Assembly: GCA_040776985.1 (NCBI GenBank)
Contig: JAXGZL010000003.1
Coordinates: 54,970-118,969 of the forward strand
DNA from: Christensenellales bacterium
GTDB taxonomy: Bacteria > Bacillota > Clostridia > Christensenellales > Aristaeellaceae
DNA length: 64,000 nucleotides
Reading direction: 5' to 3'
Shown here: positions 10,224 through 18,972 of the stretch, one piece after another
Layout of the letters: the number at the start of each line of letters is the position of its first letter
How positions within the stretch are numbered: position 1 is the stretch's first letter
Notes under the pieces: generated by a model
Seen by the model: the letters and a program-made list of their open reading frames with translations, nothing else
What the model was told of the DNA's origin: nothing
The model's database searches: none
Position numbers and translations under genes: made by a program

Positions 10224-11673
10224 TCCGTTTGCCAGCATCCGGTGGAAAGTGATGCTGGCCTTTTTTTTAATTATAGGGCTTTCCTTCCTGATGATGGCGG
10301 GAACGCTGATGAACATGCTGGGGGAATACCTGTTTTCCCAGCGCATCCAGGCGGACCGGGCCGGCCTTGAAAAGTGGGCGGTACAGGCAGCGGGCCACCT
10401 GATGTTTTCTGATGCCCCGGGACTGGATGACACGGTGCGCAGGGCCGGGGCGGAACTGGGCGGGCGCATCCTGTTGATGGACGCGGACGGCAAGGTGCAG
10501 GCGGACAGCTTCCAGACCGCCATGGGCAGAAGGCTGCAGTATCCGGAGGTGGCCAGCATCCTGGTGTCAGGCGAATTGGCGGACTACGGGGTGCACAGCC
10601 TGAAGACCGGGGAGAGCGCCGCCACCGACAACATGCTGCGATTTGGGGCTGCTGACGAGTGGGTCAGTTATTCCACCGCCGGCATCGTCAGCTCCTCCCA
10701 TGTGATTGGCGTGCTGATGCTGGTGTCCTCTGTCCGGGGGCTGATGCAGGGCCTGGGCAATGTGCAGACCCAGATGACCATCCTGTTTGCGGGCGTGGCC
10801 CTGGCCGCCGTGGCCTCCGGGATGTTCTTTTCAGGCGTTCTGACAAAGCCCATCACCGAGATGACCAAGGTGATCCTGCGTATGTCCAAGGGGGACCTGG
10901 GGGCCCGGGTGGAGGAGAAGGGCAGCGGGGAGATCAAGCACCTGGCGGTGGCCTTCAACTCCATGAGCGAGCAGCTGGAGGCCCTGAACCAGACCCGCAA
11001 CCAGTTTGTGTCAAACGCCAGCCATGAGCTGAAAACCCCGCTGGCCACCATGAAAATCATGACGGAGAGCCTGATCTATCAGCCGGACATGGACGCCGAG
11101 CTGCGCACGGAGTTCCTCTCCGACGTGAACATGGAAATCAACCGCCTGTCCTCCATCGTGTCAGACCTGCTGACCCTGGTGAAGGTGGACTCCCGCTCCA
11201 GCGACCTGCACAAGGAAAAACTGTCCCTGGCGGAGGTGGTGAAGGACGCCCAACACCGCCTGCAGCCCATCTATTCTCAGCGCGAGCAGGCGATCGTGCT
11301 GCAATTGCAGGACAGCTGCGACGTGCTGGCGGACAAGTCCATGATGCAGCAGATCGTGTATAACCTGATGGAAAACGCGGTGAAATACACCCCGCAAAAG
11401 GGGAAGATCACCGTCAGCCTGCAGCGGACAGGCCGGGACGCTGTGCTGTCGGTGACCGACAACGGGCCTGGCATCCCCAAGGAGAGCCAGCCCCATGTGT
11501 TTGAGCGTTTCTACCGGGTGGACAAGGCCCGTGGCCGGGAATCCGGCGGCACGGGCCTGGGGCTGTCCATTGTGCAGCAGTATGTGAACCTGCATGACGG
11601 CAGGGTGCGGGTGCAAAGTGAGGAAGGGCAGGGGGCCACCTTCATTGTGGAACTGCCCCTCAACAAGCTCTAA
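10216..11673 (+). CDS. sensor histidine kinase (HAMP-HisKA-HATPase)
   Basis: Two TM segments, HAMP, H-box SHELKTPL, N/G boxes DNGPGIP and GGTGLGLSIV. Overlaps the response-regulator gene by 8 nt. Confidence 0.9.
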   Translation: MSNPFASIRWKVMLAFFLIIGLSFLMMAGTLMNMLGEYLFSQRIQADRAGLEKWAVQAAGHLMFSDAPGLDDTVRRAGAELGGRILLMDADGKVQADSFQTAMGRRLQYPEVASILVSGELADYGVHSLKTGESAATDNMLRFGAADEWVSYSTAGIVSSSHVIGVLMLVSSVRGLMQGLGNVQTQMTILFAGVALAAVASGMFFSGVLTKPITEMTKVILRMSKGDLGARVEEKGSGEIKHLAVAFNSMSEQLEALNQTRNQFVSNASHELKTPLATMKIMTESLIYQPDMDAELRTEFLSDVNMEINRLSSIVSDLLTLVKVDSRSSDLHKEKLSLAEVVKDAQHRLQPIYSQREQAIVLQLQDSCDVLADKSMMQQIVYNLMENAVKYTPQKGKITVSLQRTGRDAVLSVTDNGPGIPKESQPHVFERFYRVDKARGRESGGTGLGLSIVQQYVNLHDGRVRVQSEEGQGATFIVELPLNKL

Positions 11674-13217
11674 GGCGTCACAAGGCCCGTGTTGGGCAGG
11701 AAGCTGCCGGCCAGGTCAATCTGTTGGGCAAACCGCCCCTCCTGGCTGCCATCGATAAAAAACTGAACCCGGGTGACCCCGCCCAGCCTGGCCAGGGTGT
11801 TCACCAGGCCATAGACCATCAGCCGCTCCTGGGTTTCCCCCAGGGGCTTTATCAATTCCGCTGCCTTGGCGGACAGGTTGACCGCCAGGGTGTCGTTCTG
11901 GCGGGTGATGCCCAGCCAGTCCGCGTCCTTCAGCCCTGTGGGCAGCACAGGGGACAGGCCGGGGACAGAATCGGTATAGTCCGGGCCTGCCAGCAGCTGG
12001 TTTAAGACATAGCGCGGGTTGTGGGCCTGATAATAGGGGATGGCCCTTAAGGAGGGGCTCAGGGTGTCGCCGCTGTTGGCGAAATACAGGGTGCAGTAGT
12101 CTAGCAGGAAGCGGCTGAAGTCCCTGCGCTTCATCACCTGATCCTGGAACACGATCTCCTGCCCGGCGCCTTCCAGGACGCCTGCCGGTACGACGGCGCT
12201 GATCATCTCATTCCCGATCCGCACCTTGACCCCTGCCAGGCCGGGCAGGAAGGTGGTCAGGGTCTGGCAGATGGAGGCCAGCATGATGGAGCGGGGGATG
12301 CCGGCGGCAATCAGCTGCTCGTTGGCGCTTTCCTGGAAGGACAGCTGCACAATGCGCCCCTGGGCGCCCGGCAGTTCATCCACCAGGGGGGCGCCAGCCA
12401 GCAGCGCCTTCAAATCCGGCACCTGTGGCAGGTTGGGCAGCGCGCTGCTGCGCTGGGACAGGGCAGCCAGCAGGGCCACGCACATGCCGGACAGGCTGGC
12501 GTCCGGGAAGCTGATCACCCTGCCCTCTGCCACGATGCCCCTGCCGGCTGCCGCCGGGACATAGAGGGTGGCAGGCAGGGAAAAGCTGCCCTGCACCTTG
12601 CCTGAACGGTGGCTGCTGCGGGCTTCCCACAGCTTGTCCGCCGCCCCCGGGCTGCTGTCAGCCGTCAGGCTGCCCAGGGGAATGGTGGCGGCCGGGTCAA
12701 TGCCCGGATGCTGGTCGTTGACCAGGATGTTCACATATTGGATGTCCCCCCATTGGGCCAGGGTGTTGGTGATGGCCATGGCCGCCTGGAAAAAGGTTTT
12801 GGAATCCAGCACCAGGGCGCTGGCGGACAGATTGACCAGGGCGGTGCCGCCGGAGACCTCCACCCCGCGTCCTGGCATCAGGGAAAGGGCGGCGCTGGTG
12901 TTGTCCAGGCTTTGCACCTGCTGATTGCTGGGGTAGGATAAAAGCCGAGTCAATACAGCCTCGGCCGGGTGCCGGGTGGCGGGCAGGGGCAGGCGCTCCT
13001 GTATCTGGGTGAGTTGCCCGGTGGCCAGGCTGGGAAGGGTGAGGGACACCCGCTGGATGATCTCCTCCCCGCCGTCCCCGATGGGGGCCTGGATGCTGCC
13101 TGAGACCGGCGGCAGGGTGACCGTGCTGGCCTCCTTGATGGGCACGCTCTGGCTGCAGCCGGATAGCAGAAGGATCAGCGCGCTCAGACAGGCCAGGATT
13201 CTCATCATGCGGTTCAT
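11670..13217 (-). CDS. GerMN-domain lipoprotein
   Basis: Signal peptide with lipobox LLSGC. Repeated GerMN-like segments. 4-nt overlaps with neighbours. Confidence 0.6.
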   Translation of the reverse strand: MNRMMRILACLSALILLLSGCSQSVPIKEASTVTLPPVSGSIQAPIGDGGEEIIQRVSLTLPSLATGQLTQIQERLPLPATRHPAEAVLTRLLSYPSNQQVQSLDNTSAALSLMPGRGVEVSGGTALVNLSASALVLDSKTFFQAAMAITNTLAQWGDIQYVNILVNDQHPGIDPAATIPLGSLTADSSPGAADKLWEARSSHRSGKVQGSFSLPATLYVPAAAGRGIVAEGRVISFPDASLSGMCVALLAALSQRSSALPNLPQVPDLKALLAGAPLVDELPGAQGRIVQLSFQESANEQLIAAGIPRSIMLASICQTLTTFLPGLAGVKVRIGNEMISAVVPAGVLEGAGQEIVFQDQVMKRRDFSRFLLDYCTLYFANSGDTLSPSLRAIPYYQAHNPRYVLNQLLAGPDYTDSVPGLSPVLPTGLKDADWLGITRQNDTLAVNLSAKAAELIKPLGETQERLMVYGLVNTLARLGGVTRVQFFIDGSQEGRFAQQIDLAGSFLPNTGLVTP

Positions 13218-14161
13218 CGGCAGGCCTCCAGCAGGGCGCCAAAAGCGCCCCAGGGCAGGGCCCAGCTGCCTTCCTGGCGGACAAGGCGCAGGGGCCAGTT
13301 GTTGATCATCCGGTCCCCGCCGGTTTGGGCCTGGTACTGCAGGGACACGCAGACCACGGCATAGCGGCCGTCAGGCCCGGGCATTCCCGGGGTGAGGGTG
13401 TAATGCTGGATGGCGGGGGAGGCGTCCAGCATCAGGCCAAAGGCGTTCTGGGCGGAGGCCTCCACCGGGGCCTGGGCCAGGCTGGCCTTCAGGGCGTCCC
13501 ACTCCCGGTTCTGCCAGCGGGCCATCACCTGGTCCACCAGATAGCTGGGCAGCAGGATATGCCCCTCCTGCCGGGTGAGGGGATCGGGCAGGGCGTCGCT
13601 GTCCTCCAGGTAATAGCGCTTGCTCAGCCTCAGGGAGCCGGTCAGGGTGGTTTCCCCCCGCACCAGCACCTGCACCCGGGCATATTCCCCGCTTTCAGTG
13701 AGGGTGTTCACCAGGGAAGCCATGGCCAGCTCCCGGCGCAGCCGCCCTTCTCCGGCCCGGTAGCCCTCCTGGGCGATGTCCGCCCCTTCGTCTGAATAGG
13801 GGGCCATCAGGCGCTCGTTGAAGGTGACAAACAGCTGGCGCCCTTCCGCGATGACGGAAAGCACCTTGACCCCTGCCGGGAAAAGGGAGGTCAGGGTGCC
13901 GGCCTTGGGCCCCTCCACCAGGGCCTGCACCAGCGCCTTCTCCGGGCTTTCGCTGAGGCTGATGCTGATTTCCCGCTGCTCCCGCTCCAGCCAGCGGCTC
14001 TGGCCGTGGCGGAAGTACAGGGTGACGGTGCGGGGCTTGGCGCCTTCCTCTGTCTGGTCGGTGAGGAGGCCGGCGGCCATCGCGCCATCAGGGAACAGAA
14101 AACTCGCCAGCAGCATCATGGCTGCCAGCAGGCAGAATAAAACCGTTCTCTTAGTGCGCAT
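13214..14161 (-). CDS. GerMN-domain secreted protein
   Basis: N-terminal signal/anchor helix. GerMN-like pattern (TLYFRHG...VKVLSV...LFVTFN). Confidence 0.55.
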   Translation of the reverse strand: MRTKRTVLFCLLAAMMLLASFLFPDGAMAAGLLTDQTEEGAKPRTVTLYFRHGQSRWLEREQREISISLSESPEKALVQALVEGPKAGTLTSLFPAGVKVLSVIAEGRQLFVTFNERLMAPYSDEGADIAQEGYRAGEGRLRRELAMASLVNTLTESGEYARVQVLVRGETTLTGSLRLSKRYYLEDSDALPDPLTRQEGHILLPSYLVDQVMARWQNREWDALKASLAQAPVEASAQNAFGLMLDASPAIQHYTLTPGMPGPDGRYAVVCVSLQYQAQTGGDRMINNWPLRLVRQEGSWALPWGAFGALLEACR

Positions 14162-14924
14162 CGTCCTCCATGGGCTCCGGGCCCAGACACCAGCCCCGCA
14201 GCTTGTTCACCGTGCGCTCCAGGGCGTCCTTGCTGTCCCCCCAGGGAGCGTCCTGGTTGCGGTAGTCAAACTTCTGGGTGTACCAGTTCAGCTCCTTTTC
14301 CAGCCGCTGCAGGTTATGCTGCAGGCCTTTTTGCAGGGCTTCAAGAAAAGCCTGCCGATGGGCAGGGCGCATCTGCTGCGCCAGGGGAATCAGGCGGCCG
14401 GCGTCCATAAGGCACAGGCCCTTGGAAGCGGTGAACTGCTTCCGGAAGGCGGGGTCACGCTCAAACAGGTAGATCAGGGTGTCTGCCTGGCGGCTGCTGT
14501 GGTCCTCCAGGGCTTCACAGAGCATGCAGCGGGCGGTGAGCTGTTGAAGGGGGGAATCCGCCGCTGCCTGCTTTCCAGAAAACAGGCCCCTGCGCCGGGC
14601 GCCTTCGCCGATGTCAGCGTCGCTTAGCGCTTTTTTCACCTGGGGGATCAGGGTCTGCAGGCGGGACAGGGTTAAAAGGGCGTGGCCCAGGCGGTTCTTC
14701 TGTTCGAAAAGCTGCCGGTGATGATGCTGGCAAAAGCCGGCGGCGTTGACCCGCTGCCGGTCGTCCGGGCTCATCACCGCGCCGCCCAGGCTGCGGTCAA
14801 TCAGCTGGCGCTCTGTTTTTCGCCTCAGGGCGCAAAGCAGGCATTCGCTGTCCTCCTTCAGCGCCTCCCAGACGGAATAGGTGTCCAGCCTGTCCTGCAT
14901 CCTCACCGGGCCGGCGCCTTGCAC
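14151..14924 (-). CDS. Cys/His-rich protein of unknown function (DUF6062-like)
   Basis: CLLC, FCQHHH, CMLC and a further Cys, suggesting metal binding. The family name is recalled, not searched. Confidence 0.45.
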   Translation of the reverse strand: MQGAGPVRMQDRLDTYSVWEALKEDSECLLCALRRKTERQLIDRSLGGAVMSPDDRQRVNAAGFCQHHHRQLFEQKNRLGHALLTLSRLQTLIPQVKKALSDADIGEGARRRGLFSGKQAAADSPLQQLTARCMLCEALEDHSSRQADTLIYLFERDPAFRKQFTASKGLCLMDAGRLIPLAQQMRPAHRQAFLEALQKGLQHNLQRLEKELNWYTQKFDYRNQDAPWGDSKDALERTVNKLRGWCLGPEPMEDDAH

Positions 14925-16015
14925 TGGGGGCAGGGGATCAGGTTTTTGAGCTTGGTGGAGGACACATCCCGGTAGTAGAACATGGCGGTGAGGGGGCGGT
15001 ACTTAGCCCCGATGGAGGAGCAGTCTGGATCCAGGTGATAATACTTGCCGCCGTCCGCGTTGTAATACAGGATGGTGTCAGCGCTGACCTGGGTGACGGG
15101 GGCAGCGGCCTGCGCCTGGGGCGCCTGCTGCTGTTGCTGTTGTTGCGGCTGCTGTTGCTGGGGCTGGTTGCCGCCCACCACCTGGGACGAGGAGATGGAG
15201 TTGGGGTCCACATACCAGACGTTGTTGACCCGCATCATCAAAATCTGAAAATTGTACTGCAGGGGGGCTTCCCCGTTGTTTTTGCTGATGGAGGCCTGCA
15301 TGGTGATGGTGCGGGTCTGGTCGCCGTCGTTGCCGGAGACATCCTGGATCTGATAGTCCAGCACAGAGCGGTTTCCCCGCAGGTGGAACATGCTCTTCTC
15401 GGCGTCGGTGGTGTCCTCATGCTTGTTGACCCAGCTGGGAACGGAAAAACTGACCATGCCGGCATAGTCGGTGTTCATCCAGGCGGTCATGAACTGCTCC
15501 AGCTTCTGCTGGGCCTGGGAGGCGGAGCCGGGGTTTTCCGTGGCCTCCGGCTGGGCCTGGGCCTGGCTTTTGGCCATGTCCACCATGCTGGCGCTGGAGT
15601 TGTCAGAGAAGATGGAGGTGAGGGCCTGGGTCTGCTGCACCCGGTCGGTGGCCGGCGGCGGGCTGGACACCAGGATGGCAAACAGCACCACCGCGATCAT
15701 GGCGATGTGCACCACCCCCAGCACCTTCCTGGCGTTGGGCACAAAGGCGCGCAGCAGGGCCATGGCAAGCAGGCACAGCAGGCTCAGCCCCACAAAGGCC
15801 CAGTAAAGCCGGGTGTCCTTCATCAAAAGGGACACCACAAACAAAATGGGCAGCACCAGGGTTAACAGCACCTGGAGGATGGGGAAGCTGCGCGGGCTGG
15901 CCGACTGCTGGCCCATGTTCTGCGCCGGCGGACGGTGGGCTGGCTGCGGCCTGCTGGGCCGCCTGCTCATATCCCGCAAGGGGGCAGAGGAATACCTGCC
16001 TCTGTTTTCGCTCAT
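14903..16015 (-). CDS. membrane protein with poly-Gln tract and C-terminal H-C-C-C motif
   Basis: Three or four TM helices, an extracytoplasmic domain, a Q-rich linker, and the terminal YYHLDPDCSS...CPQC motif. Confidence 0.5.
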   Translation of the reverse strand: MSENRGRYSSAPLRDMSRRPSRPQPAHRPPAQNMGQQSASPRSFPILQVLLTLVLPILFVVSLLMKDTRLYWAFVGLSLLCLLAMALLRAFVPNARKVLGVVHIAMIAVVLFAILVSSPPPATDRVQQTQALTSIFSDNSSASMVDMAKSQAQAQPEATENPGSASQAQQKLEQFMTAWMNTDYAGMVSFSVPSWVNKHEDTTDAEKSMFHLRGNRSVLDYQIQDVSGNDGDQTRTITMQASISKNNGEAPLQYNFQILMMRVNNVWYVDPNSISSSQVVGGNQPQQQQPQQQQQQQAPQAQAAAPVTQVSADTILYYNADGGKYYHLDPDCSSIGAKYRPLTAMFYYRDVSSTKLKNLIPCPQCKAPAR

Positions 16016-16054
16016 GCTGTGGTCCTTTCTTAAGAGGTGCCGGTGGGCACCAGG

Positions 16055-17734
16055 TCAGGCTTGATGGGGGTCTGACTTGACGATGATCTTGTCCCGGCCA
16101 AAGACCAGGGACAGCATTTCCAGGTTTTCCTTGGCCAGCGCCTCCTGGCTGATGGCGCTGGTGTCCTGCATGCGGGCGGCGCGGAAATGCGCTTCTTTGC
16201 CCATGATGTCCCTGAGCATCCCACCGATCACCTGGGAACGGCTTTCCTCGTTGAGCATGTCGGTGAAAATGCTCTCCTCCGGCGGCAGGAGCAGGGTGAA
16301 GGTCTGGTTCTCATAGCCGCCGTACTTGCCCCGGTGCACCAGGGAGAACAGGCCCGGCTGCTCCTGGCCCAGACGCTTCAGCATCCGGTTCCAGACCTCC
16401 TTGGGGGAGGGGCCGGCGGTCGGTTCCGCTGCCGCTGGCGGCTCTGTCAGGGGCAGGTCAAGGGCAGGCCCGGGGACGGGTTCGGCGGCGGGTTCAGGCG
16501 CCTGCTCAGCGGCTGGCTCTGGCTCTGCTGGCGGCGCTGTTTCTGCCTGAACAGGCTGAACGGGCTGAACGACAGGGGGCAGCGGCTGGCTGCCCAGGGC
16601 GGCGAAGCGGGTTTCCAGCTGGGCCAGGCGGGCCAGAATGCCGCCCAGGTCCTGTTCCTGGTCCACCTGGCAGACGCGCAGGGCAAAAACCTCCAGCACT
16701 GCCCGGGGGGTGGAGGCCCAGCGGGCATCCGTCTCCGCCTGCATGCATTTTTCAAGCATCCGCACCAGGGAGATCTCGCTGATGCCGTTGGCCTGGCGCT
16801 GAAGGCCCTCCTGGACGCTGCCGCCCACCGGGTGCAGGGGGCTGCCCGTCAGTTTGACCGACAGCACCTGGCGCAGATGGGCGCTGAAATCCCGCAGGAA
16901 CACCTGCACATCCCGCCCCTGGCGCATCAGGGTGTTGATTTCCTTGAGTGCATCCCGGCTGTTGCCCAGGGAAAGTGCGTCCAGGAAGGAGAACAGCACC
17001 TCCTGGCTGACCGAGCCCAGGGCCTCGCGCACATGGGGTTCAGACAGGGCCAGACCGGATGCCAGGCACATGTCCAGCAGGCTCCAGGCGTCCCGCATGC
17101 TGCCCTCAGCGGCCTGGGCAATCAGCTGCAGGGCGGCCTCATCCTGCTGATCTTCCGGCAGCGCCTGCTTCATCCTGCCCACAATCTGGGCGTCCGCGAT
17201 GCGGCCAAAATCAAAGCGCTGGCAGCGGGAGAGGATGGTGGCAGGCAGCTTCTGGGGCTCGGTGGTGGCCAGGATAAAGACCATGTAGCCGGGCGGCTCC
17301 TCCAGGGTTTTAAGCAGGGCGTTGAAGGCGGCGCCGGAGAGCATGTGCACCTCGTCAATGATGTACACCTTGTATTTGGCGAATTGCGGGGGATAGTCGG
17401 TCTTGGACAGCATCAGGCGCACATTGTCCACCGAGCTGTTGCTGGCGGCGTCCATTTCCAGAAGGTCCAGGCTGGTTTCAGCGGACAGGTTTTTGCAGCT
17501 CTCGCATACGAGGCAGGGATCCCCCTCCTGGGGGTTTTCGCAGTTGATGGCAAGCGCCATGATGCGGGCGGCGCTGGTCTTGCCGGTGCCGTGGCTGCCG
17601 CAAAACAGGTAGGCATGGGCCACATGCCCGGTCTTGGCCTGGTTTTTCAGCATTCTGCGCGTGGCATCCTGGCCCACCATGTCGCTGAAACGGTGGGGAC
17701 GCCAGGTGCGGTAAAGGGATTGGTAGCTGCTCAT
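16055..17734 (-). CDS. dnaX: DNA polymerase III subunit gamma/tau
   Basis: AAA+ clamp-loader N-terminus (GSHGTGKTS Walker A, zinc module CLVCESC, DEVHML, SRC motif) followed by a Pro/Ala-rich linker. Confidence 0.92.
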   Translation of the reverse strand: MSSYQSLYRTWRPHRFSDMVGQDATRRMLKNQAKTGHVAHAYLFCGSHGTGKTSAARIMALAINCENPQEGDPCLVCESCKNLSAETSLDLLEMDAASNSSVDNVRLMLSKTDYPPQFAKYKVYIIDEVHMLSGAAFNALLKTLEEPPGYMVFILATTEPQKLPATILSRCQRFDFGRIADAQIVGRMKQALPEDQQDEAALQLIAQAAEGSMRDAWSLLDMCLASGLALSEPHVREALGSVSQEVLFSFLDALSLGNSRDALKEINTLMRQGRDVQVFLRDFSAHLRQVLSVKLTGSPLHPVGGSVQEGLQRQANGISEISLVRMLEKCMQAETDARWASTPRAVLEVFALRVCQVDQEQDLGGILARLAQLETRFAALGSQPLPPVVQPVQPVQAETAPPAEPEPAAEQAPEPAAEPVPGPALDLPLTEPPAAAEPTAGPSPKEVWNRMLKRLGQEQPGLFSLVHRGKYGGYENQTFTLLLPPEESIFTDMLNEESRSQVIGGMLRDIMGKEAHFRAARMQDTSAISQEALAKENLEMLSLVFGRDKIIVKSDPHQA

Positions 17735-18597
17735 TGGTCCTCCCCGGATAGCTTGCGGAAGCCTTCGCCCAGGGTCTCATGGGCGTCGGTGATGTAGACA
17801 AAGGCAAAGGGGTCTTCATGGTCCACGATGCGCTTCACCTGCATGGTTTCAAGCCGCCCCACCACGCAGACCAGCATCTTGCTCTCCTTGCCGGAATAGG
17901 CGCCGGTGGCGGGCAGGATGGTGACCCCCCGCTCCAACTCCTTCATCAGGCGGCTGGCGATCTTCTCCCACTGGGCGGAGAGGATGTGGCAGGCCTTGTC
18001 GGTGCCGATGCCTGAGAGCACCTTGTCCAGCACCCGGGCGGAGATGTACACGCAGATGATGGCATACATGGCGTGCTGGGCGCTCATGAAAATCCAGGCC
18101 AGGATGATCACCACAAAATCCAGCGCAAACAGGAAGGCGCCGGTTGAGATGGCGGGGAACTTCTTGTGCACCACCCGGGCCAGAAGGTCTGTGCCGCCGG
18201 TGGTGGCGCCCCCCCGCATGATCAGCGCGATGCCCGCCCCCAGAATCACCCCGCCAAAGACGGAGGAGAGCATGGGGTCAATGCTGACGGGCTTGAAGGC
18301 CATCAGGTCAATGAGGCTGGAGAAGAGGATGGTGGCGAAGATGGTGCGGATCACAAACTTGAGCCCGCTGACCTTCCAGCCCAGGATCAGCAGCGGGATG
18401 TTCAGCGCCAGGCTGGTCAGCCCAATGGGCAGCCCGAAGTGAAAGTTCAGGATGGTGGTAAGGCCTGTGATGCCGCCGGGGGCAATATGGCTGGGCTCCA
18501 AAAACAGGGGATAACTGGCCGCCCCGATGGCGCATCCCACAACGATCAGCGCCAACTGGAGCCATGCTGCGCGTTTCTCTGTCATCCTGCTTGTCAA
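17731..18597 (-). CDS. YitT-family membrane protein (DUF2179 C-terminal domain)
   Basis: Five or six TM helices plus a C-terminal DUF2179-like domain. 4-nt overlap with the dnaX start. Confidence 0.75.
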   Translation of the reverse strand: MTSRMTEKRAAWLQLALIVVGCAIGAASYPLFLEPSHIAPGGITGLTTILNFHFGLPIGLTSLALNIPLLILGWKVSGLKFVIRTIFATILFSSLIDLMAFKPVSIDPMLSSVFGGVILGAGIALIMRGGATTGGTDLLARVVHKKFPAISTGAFLFALDFVVIILAWIFMSAQHAMYAIICVYISARVLDKVLSGIGTDKACHILSAQWEKIASRLMKELERGVTILPATGAYSGKESKMLVCVVGRLETMQVKRIVDHEDPFAFVYITDAHETLGEGFRKLSGEDQ

Positions 18598-18697
18598 ATC
18601 CCCTTCTCGTAATCATTTCGTCATATTCAGTATAGCATAGTTCGCGCTGTGCATACAAGAGATCTGGCTGGCCGTGTGGCCTTGCGGCAAAAAGAAA

Positions 18698-18722
18698 AGG
18701 AGAGGGCTTTTCGCCCCCTCCT
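18698..18722 (-). terminator. intrinsic terminator hairpin (left copy of a duplicated 25-mer)
   Basis: On the minus strand: AGGAGGGGGCG-aaaa-GCCCTCTCCT followed by TTTTCTTTTT. Identical 25-mer at 18931-18955. Confidence 0.6.
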
Positions 18723-18729
18723 GAGAGAG

Positions 18730-18923
18730 TCGACAAAGTGTCTGCGGACACTTTGTCGTTTTAGAAGAACGGGCATTTTCGCTTGGGAACAAAGTTCCCG
18801 GCCAGCGAAAATGCGTGGAATGCATTGCTTCGCAATGCCCCGCCCGCCCGGCAAAGCCGGGCGATACGATTTCACTCAGAGGACTGTGCCCTCTGAAACA
18901 CCCCCTTTGATTTAGTTTGTCTA
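18730..18923 (-). repeat. ~193-bp multi-hairpin repeat element, copy A (forward orientation is on the minus strand)
   Basis: The reverse complement aligns over its full length, with about a dozen differences, to 35538-35730. Contains five perfect or near-perfect hairpins. Confidence 0.85.
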
Positions 18924-18930
18924 AAGTCTG

Positions 18931-18955
18931 AGGAGAGGGCTTTTCGCCCCCTCCT
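18931..18955 (-). repeat. right copy of the duplicated terminator hairpin (no U-tract on the minus strand)
   Basis: 25/25 identical to 18698-18722. The stem is extended by TCTGAGG/CCTCAGA. Lies 16 nt after the peroxiredoxin stop. Confidence 0.7.
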
Positions 18956-18972
18956 CAGATGCTGTGAACCGA

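Noticed and set aside
16187-17797. 536-aa ORF on the + strand opposite dnaX.
   Set aside because: Low-complexity G/A/L/Q-rich translation. dnaX on the minus strand has Walker A, a zinc module and clamp-loader motifs.
18613-18875. Small ORFs sharing the peptide MHSTHFRWPG..., found here and at 35515-35700 and 35551-35733.
   Set aside because: The similarity exists only because both overlap the two copies of the hairpin repeat. The frames cross five palindromic stems, there is no RBS, and the substitution pattern preserves pairing rather than codons.
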